From contig DZDI01000002.1 of the NCBI GenBank assembly GCA_022730455.1, positions 1 to 59,029 on the forward strand: 59,029 nt of DNA. Direction: 5' to 3'. Both the position numbers and the translations under genes were made by a program. The notes beneath the pieces were generated by a model that was not told where the DNA came from, did no database searches, and was given only the letters and a program-made list of their open reading frames with translations. Shown here in pieces: positions 25,287-35,395 of this stretch. This stretch comes from Phycisphaera mikurensis (GTDB taxonomy: Bacteria > Planctomycetota > Phycisphaerae > WQYP01). Every line of letters begins with the position of its first letter. The stretch's first letter is position 1.

Positions 25287-26300
25287 TCACACACTTCGCG
25301 GGTGCGCCTTTTCGTACGCTTCCTGCAGGCGTTTGGTGGTCAGGTGTGTGTACACCTGCGTGGTGCTGAGGCTTTGGTGGCCCAGTAGTTCCTGAACGGC
25401 CCGCAGGTCCGCACCATGGTTGAGCATGTGCGTGGCAAAACTGTGCCGCAGCGTGTGCGGGCTGATGTCTGGGTCTAAATGTGCCTCAATGAGGTATTTG
25501 TCCAGCTTGCGGCGTACCGATCGGGTGCTGAGCCGCTGGCCGTGTTTGTTGATGAACAGCGGCAATTCCGCTTCTGTATCGCTGACGATATTCTGCCGCA
25601 ATGCCAGATATTTCCGCACGGCCGTCAAGGCGGTTGGACTAATGGGGCTGATGCGTTCCTTTTTGCCTTTGCCCCGCACCTTTAATATGCCAGTATTAAA
25701 GTCCACATCCATCCGATTGAGTCCCACCAGTTCGCTTACCCGCAGGCCGGTGGAGTAAATAACTTCCAGCATAGCCTTGTCGCGGGCGCCGAGCAGATCG
25801 GTATCCTTGGGCGTGTTGAGCAGCGTGGTGACCTGTTCTTCCGTCATGAATTTCGGCAGGCGCTTATCCAGTTTGGGCGTGCGGATGACCTGCATGGGGT
25901 TGTTGTCCGTCAGGCCGCGCTTATTGAGAAACTTGAAAAAGCTTCGCAGCGTCGCCAATTTGCGGGCCACGGTCGCCTTGGAATAATTGTGGTCGCGCAT
26001 GTGCTGCAGGTATCGGCGCACATCGTCGGTACTGGCGTTGACCAGATGCGATTCAATTTGCTCCAGGCTCGGCCCGGGCTGCTGGGCCGCCGCGGCCGCG
26101 GCAGCCTGCATCTGTGCGTGTACAGCGCGTGACTGCGCATTGACAATGGATGGTGGCAAATCAGGCAGTCCGGCAAGATAGTTGCCAAATTGTCTCAGAT
26201 CAGCACCGTAACATTTACTCGTGTAGGTGGAAAAGTGCCTTTCATATTGTAAGTAGTCGAGGAACTCGTTGACTTTTTTGGGAAGCGGAGCGTATTCCAT
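25287..26300 (-). CDS. Tyrosine site-specific recombinase, XerC/XerD family
   Basis: N-terminal SAM-like domain (FLDYLQYERHFSTYTSKCYGADLRQF). Catalytic region: STGLRVSEL ... HTLRHSFATHML ... LLGHQSLSTTQVYTH. It has an Ala/Gln-rich insert in the N-terminal domain. Confidence 0.9.
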   Translation of the reverse strand: MEYAPLPKKVNEFLDYLQYERHFSTYTSKCYGADLRQFGNYLAGLPDLPPSIVNAQSRAVHAQMQAAAAAAAQQPGPSLEQIESHLVNASTDDVRRYLQHMRDHNYSKATVARKLATLRSFFKFLNKRGLTDNNPMQVIRTPKLDKRLPKFMTEEQVTTLLNTPKDTDLLGARDKAMLEVIYSTGLRVSELVGLNRMDVDFNTGILKVRGKGKKERISPISPTALTAVRKYLALRQNIVSDTEAELPLFINKHGQRLSTRSVRRKLDKYLIEAHLDPDISPHTLRHSFATHMLNHGADLRAVQELLGHQSLSTTQVYTHLTTKRLQEAYEKAHPRSV

Positions 26301-26605
26301 TTTCGGGCCTCTTTGGCATGGGCCTCACGGCCCTGCACATTCCATTCCAGACAGGGGCGGCGAGACAAAACAACAATATTATCCAGGCCCCTTCCATTGA
26401 GCCTGACACATCGGCCTCTATCTCCTCGCCAGCCAAGTGCGGCTATCCGAGGAGACCCAAGCCCGACAAGCAGTTTTATCGGCAAATTAGCCGTGCTGGA
26501 TGAGATTCGATTCAGCTTGGGGTAAAAATATACCAAAGCTGAAAGTGCAGATGGGTTCAATATGAAATATGGGACGCAGACCGGCCGTCACTGGATTGCA
26601 AGGGC

Positions 26606-28156
26606 TTATGCACCCATTCGGTCGGCACGGGATGCAAAGTGAATTTTCGCCTCGCCCACCAGATAGAACGATCCGGTGACCGTTATCAAATCTTCGCGGG
26701 TGATGGCACGTGATGCGATGGCCATGGCCGACGCGAAATTCGGTGCCACCTGCGCCATGCGCCCAAAGCGTTCAGTAAAGTGGGCGGCAAGCTCATCGGG
26801 ACTCGCCGCCTTAGGGTTGGAGCCAGCTTGGGTAAAGATAACTTTATCGGCACCGTGCGACACCCGTTCCAGCATGCCGTCGATATCTTTGTCGCAATTG
26901 CATCCAAATATGACCACTAGGGAGTCATACGGGATGTATTGGCTGATGCCGCGAAACAGCGCCTGCATGGATGCCGCATTGTGCGCTCCGTCCAAAATTA
27001 CCCGCGGATCGCGCCACACCATTTCCATCCGCCCCTCGATGGATAGGTCCTTTACGCCCTCCAGAGCCCGAGCTTCTTCAATTTTGAAACCGCGCTGTTT
27101 TAATTGATCTAAAATTGCCAGCGCCAACCCAAAATTAATGGCCTGGTGCTCACCGATCAGTGGTACCACAAGCTGCTCAAACCGCGAAATGGAAGAATGC
27201 AGGGTAGCTCGGATGTGCGGCCCCAATGGCCGGGTGATTTCAAACCGATAGCTAAACTCGACATCTTCACCGACCACTTCCAGCTTGGCGCCGTTCGTTA
27301 CTGCAACGCGGCGAATGGCATCCAGCACGCTTGGCGGCTGCACCACGGTTAACGCCGGGATGTCACGCTTGAAAATGCCGGCTTTTTCTTCGCCAATCTT
27401 TTCCAGCGTACTGCCCAAAATCGCCGTGTGGTCATAGCTGATGCTGGTGACGGCTGCGACCTCGGGGGTAATGACATTAGTGGAGTCCAGCCGCCCACCG
27501 AGGCCGACTTCAATAATCGCAATATTCACCTCGTGCTGGGCGAAATGGCAGAAACCGATGGCGGTGATAATTTCAAAAAAGGTTGGCTTATCCGACCCCA
27601 TCTTAGCGATGGCCTGTTCTACACGTTTCACCCAATGAGTCATCTCATTCGGGGCGATCATGCCGCCATTAATTTGAATGCGCTCACGCATATCAACCAG
27701 ATGTGGGCTGGTATACAGACCCACCTTATATCCGCACGATTGGAGCATGGCCGCGACCATATAACAGGTGCTGCCTTTACCCTTGGTGCCCGCAATGTGG
27801 ACGGATTTAAATTTTGTATGAGGATCACCTAAGTGCTTAAGAAGCAATCGCATACGATCTAAATTAAACGTGGTGGTATTGTATCGTACCACCCGCATGC
27901 GTTCATAGTCGGTTTGTGACAGGAGAAAGTCCAGCGATTTTCGATAGGCTCGTTCTTCGGTTGACGTTTCCGCCTTACGGGCAGGAAAATCCTGGGGTGC
28001 CAAAACACGTTTCACTGCCGCTTGCGTCGCTCGCAGGGATGCCCGTCGCAAAGTTGCACTGCCTTTAGAGTCGCTTTTTTTCCCACGCCGGACTTTAGCC
28101 GTGGCAACAGGCCTGCGAGCAGCTTTGGTATGTCGGAGCTTTTTAGCCATAACCAT
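26606..28156 (-). CDS. folC: Bifunctional folylpolyglutamate synthase / dihydrofolate synthase with basic N-terminal extension
   Basis: P-loop HIAGTKGKGST and Mur-ligase-type middle and C-terminal domains. The first ~55 aa are Lys/Arg/Ala-rich. Confidence 0.87.
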   Translation of the reverse strand: MVMAKKLRHTKAARRPVATAKVRRGKKSDSKGSATLRRASLRATQAAVKRVLAPQDFPARKAETSTEERAYRKSLDFLLSQTDYERMRVVRYNTTTFNLDRMRLLLKHLGDPHTKFKSVHIAGTKGKGSTCYMVAAMLQSCGYKVGLYTSPHLVDMRERIQINGGMIAPNEMTHWVKRVEQAIAKMGSDKPTFFEIITAIGFCHFAQHEVNIAIIEVGLGGRLDSTNVITPEVAAVTSISYDHTAILGSTLEKIGEEKAGIFKRDIPALTVVQPPSVLDAIRRVAVTNGAKLEVVGEDVEFSYRFEITRPLGPHIRATLHSSISRFEQLVVPLIGEHQAINFGLALAILDQLKQRGFKIEEARALEGVKDLSIEGRMEMVWRDPRVILDGAHNAASMQALFRGISQYIPYDSLVVIFGCNCDKDIDGMLERVSHGADKVIFTQAGSNPKAASPDELAAHFTERFGRMAQVAPNFASAMAIASRAITREDLITVTGSFYLVGEAKIHFASRADRMGA

Positions 28157-28373
28157 TTCGTCATTGTATCAAAAGATGGATATTTTTGCAAATTTGGCAT
28201 TATTCTTGCTCGGTGGCACCATAATTTGTGTTAGAGGATGAATTGTTCGTGTTTAGGTATTTATTGCACCGTTTTGCCACCAATTCAACCCGCGCCCTGA
28301 CTTCTTTTGAGGAGGATTCCGTCGCAATTCTCGCGTGGTGGCTTTTTTGCCTGAGGATACAGGCTTCGTCAGC

Positions 28374-29639
28374 TTATTTTTGTGTCATCGTAGCTGCGGG
28401 AGAAAATCGATAGTGATAAAGCTGCCTCTTATTGCCGAGTGAATCGCGGCACACAGACTGTGTGCGCAACATCGGCCGCAGGCGCCGGGCGTAGGCGGCA
28501 TCCTCACCCCGATTGACGGCGTCGAACCGGGCCGCCAGTGCCAGATGCCTTTTTACGGGGCATAGATGGTTGGGGGTACGCTCATATTTCTCTGCAGTAT
28601 TGCGATAAGCCGGGTATTGCAAATCAAAATCAAATTCCAATTCCGCCCGTCCGTCTACATAATACCGCCCGCGGAAGACCACGCAGTCGGCGTGGGGTGA
28701 TGCATCCATGGCCGCCAGCAGGGCTGCGATGTAATCCGGCTCCACCCAGTCGTCATCATCCACAAAGCAAACATACCGGCCTCGCGCCTTGGTCAGGAGA
28801 TCATTCCGCTTTTGCCCAACCGGGCGCTCTTGCTCGTCGAGAGCTGTGAGTATCTCCACCCGCGGCGGTTGAGGAAGTGTTTCCACCTGTCGGTATAGAT
28901 CGGCAAAAAGTGCCCGCGCAGCACCCTGGCGCGATTGCAGGGTCGGGATCAAAACCGATAAATCCGGAGTCGGCAATGTAAACCCCATCGCGCGCCGCCT
29001 CTGAAATAATTGTTGATCCGCGGCGTAATGCCGCTGATTGGCAGCGTAGAGGGCATCTCCGTTGGGGCCACCATGGCTGTGCCGGGCCAGCACCAGGTCC
29101 ATCCATGCATATTTATTCAACCGCCGCGATACTTCGGTAAGTTCGTTATCACAGAACAGCGAACGGTATTCTGGCTGATACACATAACCAAACCGGCGGT
29201 AATAGTGAATGCCCATGATCGGCAGGGTAACAAGCCGTCCGGCGCCCATGTACCCATCATGAAAATGCAATACGCCGTCAATTGCGGGGAAATGCCACGC
29301 CATGGCTGCCGCCACGCAATCATCCCAACCTGAAAGCATGGGAAGAAAATCATCACTGACCAGCAGCAGAATGTCCCAGGGCAGCGCGTCAGCCAGGCCG
29401 GCGTTACACGCGTGGATTTTTCCCTTCGGCGGGCAGACGTGCACGGTGGTGAAAATTCCAGCAGCGTCCAAGGCCTCAGCAGCGGACCTTGCCATATGAC
29501 GCTCGGACGCATCGGTGGTGATCTGGTAGCTTATGTTGTGCCGTCCGGAAGCCAGGGCCTTCCATTGCATCAACCGCCTGGTTGCCGCCGGCCAACGGCT
29601 TTTGGTCGGCAATTTCAATAAAATATTCATTATTGACAT
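28374..29639 (-). CDS. Two-domain glycosyltransferase (C-terminal GT2-like domain)
   Basis: LSVLIPTLQSR...RYVCFVDDDDWVEPDY is a GT-A/GT2 DxD region. The N-terminal half has a second GT-like fold signature (LLLVSDDF). Start at ATG 29639 or 29630. Confidence 0.7.
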   Translation of the reverse strand: MSIMNILLKLPTKSRWPAATRRLMQWKALASGRHNISYQITTDASERHMARSAAEALDAAGIFTTVHVCPPKGKIHACNAGLADALPWDILLLVSDDFLPMLSGWDDCVAAAMAWHFPAIDGVLHFHDGYMGAGRLVTLPIMGIHYYRRFGYVYQPEYRSLFCDNELTEVSRRLNKYAWMDLVLARHSHGGPNGDALYAANQRHYAADQQLFQRRRAMGFTLPTPDLSVLIPTLQSRQGAARALFADLYRQVETLPQPPRVEILTALDEQERPVGQKRNDLLTKARGRYVCFVDDDDWVEPDYIAALLAAMDASPHADCVVFRGRYYVDGRAELEFDFDLQYPAYRNTAEKYERTPNHLCPVKRHLALAARFDAVNRGEDAAYARRLRPMLRTQSVCRDSLGNKRQLYHYRFSPAATMTQK

Positions 29640-29696
29640 CTGTCCTCGAAAAGGTGGGGGCATCAAGGTGACAGCGACAATTACGCACCGTGCCCA

Positions 29697-30032
29697 TCAG
29701 CGACTGTCCGCTGTCGATATGTTGTCCTGGTGGGCGATGCGATCTAAGACCAGTTCCATGTGCAGCAACAGTCGTCGGGTACGCCGCTGATTGGAGAGTA
29801 TCTCGTCAATCTGCTGAGTATGCTCCTGCTGATGGTCCAGCAAGGTCTGCACGGCCACGGCCCGATGAATATCGTGTGTGGCATGCCGCGCTGCCTGCCG
29901 CCACGCAAATGACGCCACGGAAAACGATGCACCGCCGGCTCCAATGGCTGCTCCCATTAGCGCAAAGAGGGCTGACCACCGCACAGGTTCTTCCTTCAAG
30001 CGATTAAGAAAGTCTTTCATGGCGTCTCTCAA
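29697..30032 (-). CDS. Hypothetical single-pass membrane protein with coiled-coil tail
   Basis: 111 aa. TM segment WSALFALMGAAIGAGGASFSVASFAW, then a helical Gln/Arg-rich tail. Same strand as the capsid gene. Confidence 0.45.
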   Translation of the reverse strand: MRDAMKDFLNRLKEEPVRWSALFALMGAAIGAGGASFSVASFAWRQAARHATHDIHRAVAVQTLLDHQQEHTQQIDEILSNQRRTRRLLLHMELVLDRIAHQDNISTADSR

Positions 30033-30092
30033 AAAAACAGGCCGACCCTGCGGTTGCCAAGGTCGGCCCGTCGGTACTGGGCTGGTGCCGCG

Positions 30093-30506
30093 TTAACTCG
30101 TGGCGGCGGTCACCACCCGCTGCGTAGCGGGATGCAAAATGGTTCCCGGTGCAATCGCCCGTGCCAGTTCACTGATGGCCTGTTTATGTTGTGACAACTG
30201 CTTTCGGCTTCGCGCTGCCACAGTGGTCGTTGCTCCGGCAATCAGACTGGCTATTGCCGCCACAATGCCCAATGCCTCACCGCCGATCGGCCCGGCCGCC
30301 TGCGCCGCAGCCTGAACCGCGGGCCGCAAAATGGCAACGGCCGGGTTGGTGGCTTCTGGCCCGCTGGGCGCACTGGCTTGTGTAATGGCTGCAACAGACT
30401 GCAATTCGCGGTGCATCATTGTATGCATCGACTGACTGCATCCGCCTGCTGTCAGATATAATGCAACGGTCGGTATCACCCACCAATGGGTCTTGAACTT
30501 CCACAT
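30093..30506 (-). CDS. Putative lipoprotein
   Basis: From the ATG at 30506: MWKFKTHWWVIPTVALYLTAGGCSQ (lipobox-like LTAGGC). The body is Ala-rich. Confidence 0.5.
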   Translation of the reverse strand: MWKFKTHWWVIPTVALYLTAGGCSQSMHTMMHRELQSVAAITQASAPSGPEATNPAVAILRPAVQAAAQAAGPIGGEALGIVAAIASLIAGATTTVAARSRKQLSQHKQAISELARAIAPGTILHPATQRVVTAATS

Positions 30507-30702
30507 AGTCGTGTCCTTTCTATTATTAAAAATGCAGGATGATTTCAGATAACACATCCAACCAAAAGTGTGTTGGTAATGCCTCGGTCTACGGTGTGGC
30601 CGGCGAGGTGGTGGGCGGCCCTGGCTCGGACAGGCCACCTCGGCCGCAATGAGAATCGGTCCTCACCCGCCACCCCACCCGCCTCGCCAACCGCTGGATC
30701 CG

Positions 30703-32055
30703 TTAGCTCGCCGGTCCGCCACCGCGAGGTTCAATGCATACAAAGCCGCTGCGGCTATTGGGACTGCTGGGTAATTTAAGCGGTTGCTGGCGCATCACCT
30801 TGCCATCGATGCGGTAAATCATGCGGAAGGCGACCTCGGCGGCATCAAAATAGAGATGCATCGACATGGCCGTCTCCACCTGTCCACCCGCCTTGGTTGC
30901 TACACCGTATTGTTTCAGATCGGCGAGGATCACGTCGCCGGCATCACCCAAAGCGGGGCAGTGATAGCTGTAGATGACCGGTATGCCAAAGAGTTTAGCG
31001 ATGGGTGTTTGCCCGATCGTGCCCGCCGCGTAGTACAAATTTCTTCCGGAGGAATCTTTAAGCTGTTCAAATTGCGCCTCGGCATCAGGATTGGCAATCC
31101 ACACCACACCGGACATATCACCGGGTGCCGCAGTCCAAAGCAGGCTCTTCATATTCACCAGATTGCTGTAGCTGATGGTACCCGCCACCTGCCCCGCATC
31201 AGCCGGAGCCTGCACCAAGGCGGTAGATGCCAGGATGCCCGACGGCTGTGCCATGCCGGAACCATTGATGAACGCCTGGTTCAAATCCCACGCCAGCGCG
31301 ATGCCACCTTCATCTAATATAAAATTACTCAATGCCACATTGTTGTCGGCAAGCAACTCATCGGTCACGGGCAGCAGCGTGCCCCAGCGATTGAGTGTGA
31401 ATTGAATGCGGCTGTATACCGGTTTTTGCGGGGCGATGGCAACGCCATCCGCATTGAGCCAGCTTCCCAGCGATCCGCCGGCGGCGGCGGTGACGCCCAG
31501 TTCCGTCATCGACCGCACCGGCACAAAAAGCGAGTTGCCCAGAGTGATTGGGTATTTGCGGGCCTTTTCAAACAACAGGCTTTCTTCCAGCACATCGCGG
31601 TAAATCTGATTGGCGTACTGGGTGGGCACCAGCGCGCCGCCGTCCGTCAAAGCCGTTTCATCCATGCCGTCGGCTTTACGCACGCCTGCAAGTCGGGGGT
31701 CTGATCCTTTATGCGTGGCAAGTTGCCGAACGGCCTGGGCGAATTCGCCTAAATTGGCGAATCCGCCCGTAGGGTCAGCACTCCGCCGCTCGGGCCCGAC
31801 GACAATGGCGGGTTTCACCTGCCGCAGTGATTTGGAAACCTCATCCATCACGCGCTGCGTTATCACGCCTGTGGCATTTTGCAATTGCTGATCAATCGAC
31901 CCCTGAATGGCCTGCAGGGCTTCATCCAGGCCCGATGCCGACGGTGCCGGTTGTGCTAATTTCTGCTCGATCAGACCTTTGGCCTGTTCATCAGGTAATT
32001 CAACCAGCGAAGCTTTTTTGTGCCCCAGAAAATCATCGCACAATTTTACTTTCAT
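30703..32055 (-). CDS. Phage major capsid protein, HK97 family, with N-terminal delta/scaffold-like region
   Basis: TDGGALVPTQYANQIY, LLPVTDELLADN, and LFGIPVIYS...GDVILADLKQY are typical of HK97-type MCPs. GGAG RBS 8 nt before the ATG at 32055. No protease or portal gene is adjacent. Confidence 0.85.
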   Translation of the reverse strand: MKVKLCDDFLGHKKASLVELPDEQAKGLIEQKLAQPAPSASGLDEALQAIQGSIDQQLQNATGVITQRVMDEVSKSLRQVKPAIVVGPERRSADPTGGFANLGEFAQAVRQLATHKGSDPRLAGVRKADGMDETALTDGGALVPTQYANQIYRDVLEESLLFEKARKYPITLGNSLFVPVRSMTELGVTAAAGGSLGSWLNADGVAIAPQKPVYSRIQFTLNRWGTLLPVTDELLADNNVALSNFILDEGGIALAWDLNQAFINGSGMAQPSGILASTALVQAPADAGQVAGTISYSNLVNMKSLLWTAAPGDMSGVVWIANPDAEAQFEQLKDSSGRNLYYAAGTIGQTPIAKLFGIPVIYSYHCPALGDAGDVILADLKQYGVATKAGGQVETAMSMHLYFDAAEVAFRMIYRIDGKVMRQQPLKLPSSPNSRSGFVCIEPRGGGPAS

Positions 32056-32365
32056 ATTTGAGTCTCCATTAAAAAACAAAGAGTCGGTCGCCATTGACGC
32101 GGCGAATCGAGCAGGTTTATGCTGTTGGCTCCGGGGTCGTTCTTCGCCACCGGCTGACGGCATCTGCCCGCAACGCAGCGGCTGTAGGTATTGAAATGTC
32201 GGATAACAGGGAACTCAGGGGCGATTACATCACCATAATATGCCCGGCGGCCTTCACCGGCAGCGGGCCGGCGGGGAAAAGTGTCCAGCAACCCGACAAC
32301 CCTCTGCGGCCGCGAGCGAATCACCGGTCGGTTGAGCTGGGACAGGCTCCTGGAAAGCCGAATGT

Positions 32366-33196
32366 TTATTGATTAGGCAGGATATTTAATATCTGGACGG
32401 TATTAGCCGCCATCGACTGGACGTGGCCATCGCAAAATACCGCATTGGCGTTGCCGGAGTCTGGCCCTGCTGATCCATGCCGATATCTCAATCCTTGATC
32501 GTTGATAATCTGCGTCGTCGCATCGGTGTTGCCGGGGTTTGGCGGGATAACGGTACCCTTGGCGTAATGGCCACATTGCAAGGTCAACTGCGACGGCAGC
32601 CAGGAAAACAGGAAAGATGCGCAACTGCCCCCGGGCCGACTTTGGTTGGTGTCGCCCACGCTGATGACATTGGATGGATCGGTAATGGCATTGAGCCGCA
32701 TGGTGTGATCCTGTGCGTAGCCTGTCGCCGAATCGATGCCTGCCGTGAGAAATATATTGGGATTGCCCGCGTAATTCGTTCCCCATGGACCGCTCATGGG
32801 CATTATCCGCCCCGGGCACCAGAAGATGGCATCCCATTTGGCAGCCATCTGCGGCGGGATGTTCTTGCCGACGACGCCGTCGTTCGCTGCCGTCACCGGC
32901 GAACCAACAAGCGTGTAAAACTCCAGGTTGGCCCACGCGCCATCATAGGAGTTTGAATTGCTGATCGGCAATTCCGGATTGGAATAAGTGCCGTAGGGTA
33001 ACGATCCATTGTAGTTATTGGCATAAATCAGAGTCATCTGACCCAGCGTACGCAGGTTGGCCTCACAGGCTGAATTACGCGCCGCTTCCTGCGCCCAATG
33101 AATGGCCGGCAGCAACAGAGCAATGAGAAGCATAATAATGGTGATCACAACAATCATTTCCAAAATTGTAAAGCCGTTCCTGCAGCCTTTTACCAT
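32366..33196 (-). CDS. DUF1559 protein with prepilin-type N-terminal cleavage/methylation domain
   Basis: [24 protein letters not shown] at the N-terminus and the H-X9-DG-type tail [12 protein letters not shown]. Confidence 0.85.
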   Translation of the reverse strand: MVKGCRNGFTILEMIVVITIIMLLIALLLPAIHWAQEAARNSACEANLRTLGQMTLIYANNYNGSLPYGTYSNPELPISNSNSYDGAWANLEFYTLVGSPVTAANDGVVGKNIPPQMAAKWDAIFWCPGRIMPMSGPWGTNYAGNPNIFLTAGIDSATGYAQDHTMRLNAITDPSNVISVGDTNQSRPGGSCASFLFSWLPSQLTLQCGHYAKGTVIPPNPGNTDATTQIINDQGLRYRHGSAGPDSGNANAVFCDGHVQSMAANTVQILNILPNQ

Positions 33197-33550
33197 CCGC
33201 TGTGTTCGCGGTTTACAAAAGTGGGGGTTTATCATGACATACCTCACAGGCTTCCGCATGCGGCGGCACCGCCCTCGGCTGCCGGTCCGTCCGGTAACCT
33301 TCATCCAAACAACAGCGCCATTACGCGTATCGGCTCTTGGGCTTTCAAAATAAAGCGGAGGCTGGTTTTAGGACGCGCCGTTGGTTTGCGTCTAATGGCG
33401 AACGCGCGTGCACAAGGCGCGCGGCTACACATGGCGGGCTTCACCAGCACGATCACCATCCCGTCATCGGCCAACGCATGGGCGTACCGGTAGCGCGATG
33501 CATTTCAATTCGGTGGCGAGAGAGCGCCTACTCCAACAGGCGCGGGTATA

Positions 33551-34975
33551 TCAGGGGTGGATATTCGCCGCGCGATCGTGGGCGAAAGTGTGATCGGCAA
33601 ATAATTCCGCCACCTTCAGCGGCATGACGGTTGCGGCCGTGGCGGTGCGATCCGGTGTCTTGCAGATAATCTTCAATGGATTAGCGTGCTGATAAGCCTG
33701 TTCCAATATTCGCCCGCCGATGCGCATATCCAGCAGCACCATGCCGGGGTGGGTGTCGTAATCGCGGGTAATGATGCGGGCAAATTTTTCCAGAAAGGTG
33801 ATGCCGCGCGTGTCGGCAAGATGCAATTGGGCCTGCACCTGCCACAGGTTACCGAGCATATGCTCACGTACACTCTGCGCCAGCAGGGCAGCGCCGCTTC
33901 CTTCACGCGCGCTCACTTCCAAGGCATGGGGAAACTGTGTCCGCCAGCATGCCAGGCTTTCTTTCTGGGTCACGGCATCGATTTTATTAAGCACCAGGAT
34001 GGCGTCCTGCGCTGCGCAGCCGATCTCCAACAAAACTTTCTGAACGCTTTGAAGCTGTGCCGAGGCATTGGGATCCGCTGCATCCACCACGATAAGCAGC
34101 AAATCCGCATGGGTGGCTTCTTCCAGCGTGGCTTTAAAAGATGCCACGAGGTGGTGGGGGAGATCGCGAACAAACCCGACCGTATCGGACACCAGCGCCC
34201 AGTGGGCGTCGCCCAATTTCCAGCGGCGGGTTTTGGTGTCGAGAGTGGCGAACAGGCGGTCTTCCACAAAAGTATCAGCCCCGGTGAGGGTATTAAAAAG
34301 TGTACTCTTGCCGGCATTGGTGTAACCCACGAGGCTCACGGTGAAATGTCCCATCCGCCGTGCAGATACCTCGCGCGATTTACGCGATTGCACCTGTGCA
34401 ATGCGCCGTTTGAGATCAGAAACCTTGTCGCGCACCAACCGGCGATCGATTTCCAACTGCATTTCACCGGGGCCACGTGCACCTACCCCCGCTCCGGCTC
34501 CGGCCCCGATGCGCTCAAGGTGGCTCCACATATGTCGCAGCCGCGGGTAGGTGTACTCAAGTTGTGCCAGTGCCACCTGCAATTGCGCCTCGGCCGTGCG
34601 GGCACGGGTGGCGAAAATATCGAGTATTAACTCGCTGCGGTCGAGAATCTTACAGTCGCACACACGCTCAATATCCCGCAGTTGATTGGGGGAAAGATCA
34701 TGATCAAAAATGACTACATCGGCCGCATGCTGTTTAACGAGTGTGGCGATTTCAAGCACTTTTCCTCGACCGATAAATGTGGCAGGATCAATTGTGGTGC
34801 GTTGCTGCGTAACGCGATCGACCACCATGGCTCCGGCGGTGCGGGCAAGGCTGGCCAATTCATCCAAAGGCGCGGCAGGGTCGGCTGAAGTATCGGGCAG
34901 CAGCACACCAACGAGAATCGCTCTCTCACTACGGACGGAAAGCTCCATCCGTTTGTCGCCAGCCAAGTTGATCAT
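33551..34975 (-). CDS. hflX: GTPase HflX
   Basis: G1 GYTNAGKST, G3 DTVGF and G4 NKID, with the HflX N-terminal domain (ERAILVGV...). The start is placed at ATG 34975. Confidence 0.9.
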   Translation of the reverse strand: MINLAGDKRMELSVRSERAILVGVLLPDTSADPAAPLDELASLARTAGAMVVDRVTQQRTTIDPATFIGRGKVLEIATLVKQHAADVVIFDHDLSPNQLRDIERVCDCKILDRSELILDIFATRARTAEAQLQVALAQLEYTYPRLRHMWSHLERIGAGAGAGVGARGPGEMQLEIDRRLVRDKVSDLKRRIAQVQSRKSREVSARRMGHFTVSLVGYTNAGKSTLFNTLTGADTFVEDRLFATLDTKTRRWKLGDAHWALVSDTVGFVRDLPHHLVASFKATLEEATHADLLLIVVDAADPNASAQLQSVQKVLLEIGCAAQDAILVLNKIDAVTQKESLACWRTQFPHALEVSAREGSGAALLAQSVREHMLGNLWQVQAQLHLADTRGITFLEKFARIITRDYDTHPGMVLLDMRIGGRILEQAYQHANPLKIICKTPDRTATAATVMPLKVAELFADHTFAHDRAANIHP

Positions 34976-35322
34976 CTCCTGAACGGTACCGTAAATTTCG
35001 GCATGCTGCCGCAGCCCCTTATGATAGCAGGGCTGCGATGAGCCGGAAACGCGCCGGTGCAAGGCGTCGGGCGGAGGGCGAGCGGATCGCAACCGGCACG
35101 GGAACCCATTCAAGTCGTTCCGATTGGGCGGTTCTTACTCAATTCGCTGGAATCGAAGCCACAGGCGTATGCGATGATTCTTGATCGGCGACATTCATGG
35201 ACGCATCGGCATCATCAATAAATTGGCCGCCAGATTGCGGGCCAGCGTCGTGATTCATGCCGGCGACTTTGGCGTCAATTCCATTTCCGACTGAAGCAGC
35301 ACAACCCGCCCATCCCGCTCAA

Positions 35323-35395
35323 TACCCCCAACCGGATTCGAACCGGTGTATGCAGACTGAGAATCTGCTGTCCTAGGCCTCTAGACGATGGGGGC
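35323..35395 (-). tRNA. tRNA-Glu (anticodon CUC)
   Basis: The reverse complement folds as acceptor GCCCCCA/TGGGGGT, anticodon stem GCAGA/TCTGC with loop TTCTCAG, and T arm ACCGG-TTCGAAT-CCGGT. Confidence 0.9.

Noticed and set aside
20461-26300. Integron interpretation (tyrosine recombinase plus repeat-flanked cassettes)
   Set aside because: The recombinase looks like an ordinary XerC/XerD protein, and I saw no sign of the extra IntI-specific segment. It is convergent with the 'cassettes' rather than divergent from an attI. The modules carry their own promoters. The repeats lack GTTRRRY/RYYYAAC attC core sites.
30703-32055. Encapsulin (nanocompartment shell) instead of phage capsid
   Set aside because: The protein is 450 aa with an N-terminal delta-like region and sequence segments typical of HK97-family phage MCPs. 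No cargo-type gene (ferritin-like, peroxidase, desulfurase) is adjacent. The idea is left as something a structure comparison could revisit.
33686-34630. A 314-aa plus-strand ORF, with similar long antisense ORFs at 17496-18227, 43168-43668 and 24757-25290
   Set aside because: They lie antisense to genes with unmistakable homology (hflX, glutamate decarboxylase, rsmB, PIN/repeat region). They have the Arg/Gly/His-rich composition typical of shadow ORFs in GC-rich DNA.
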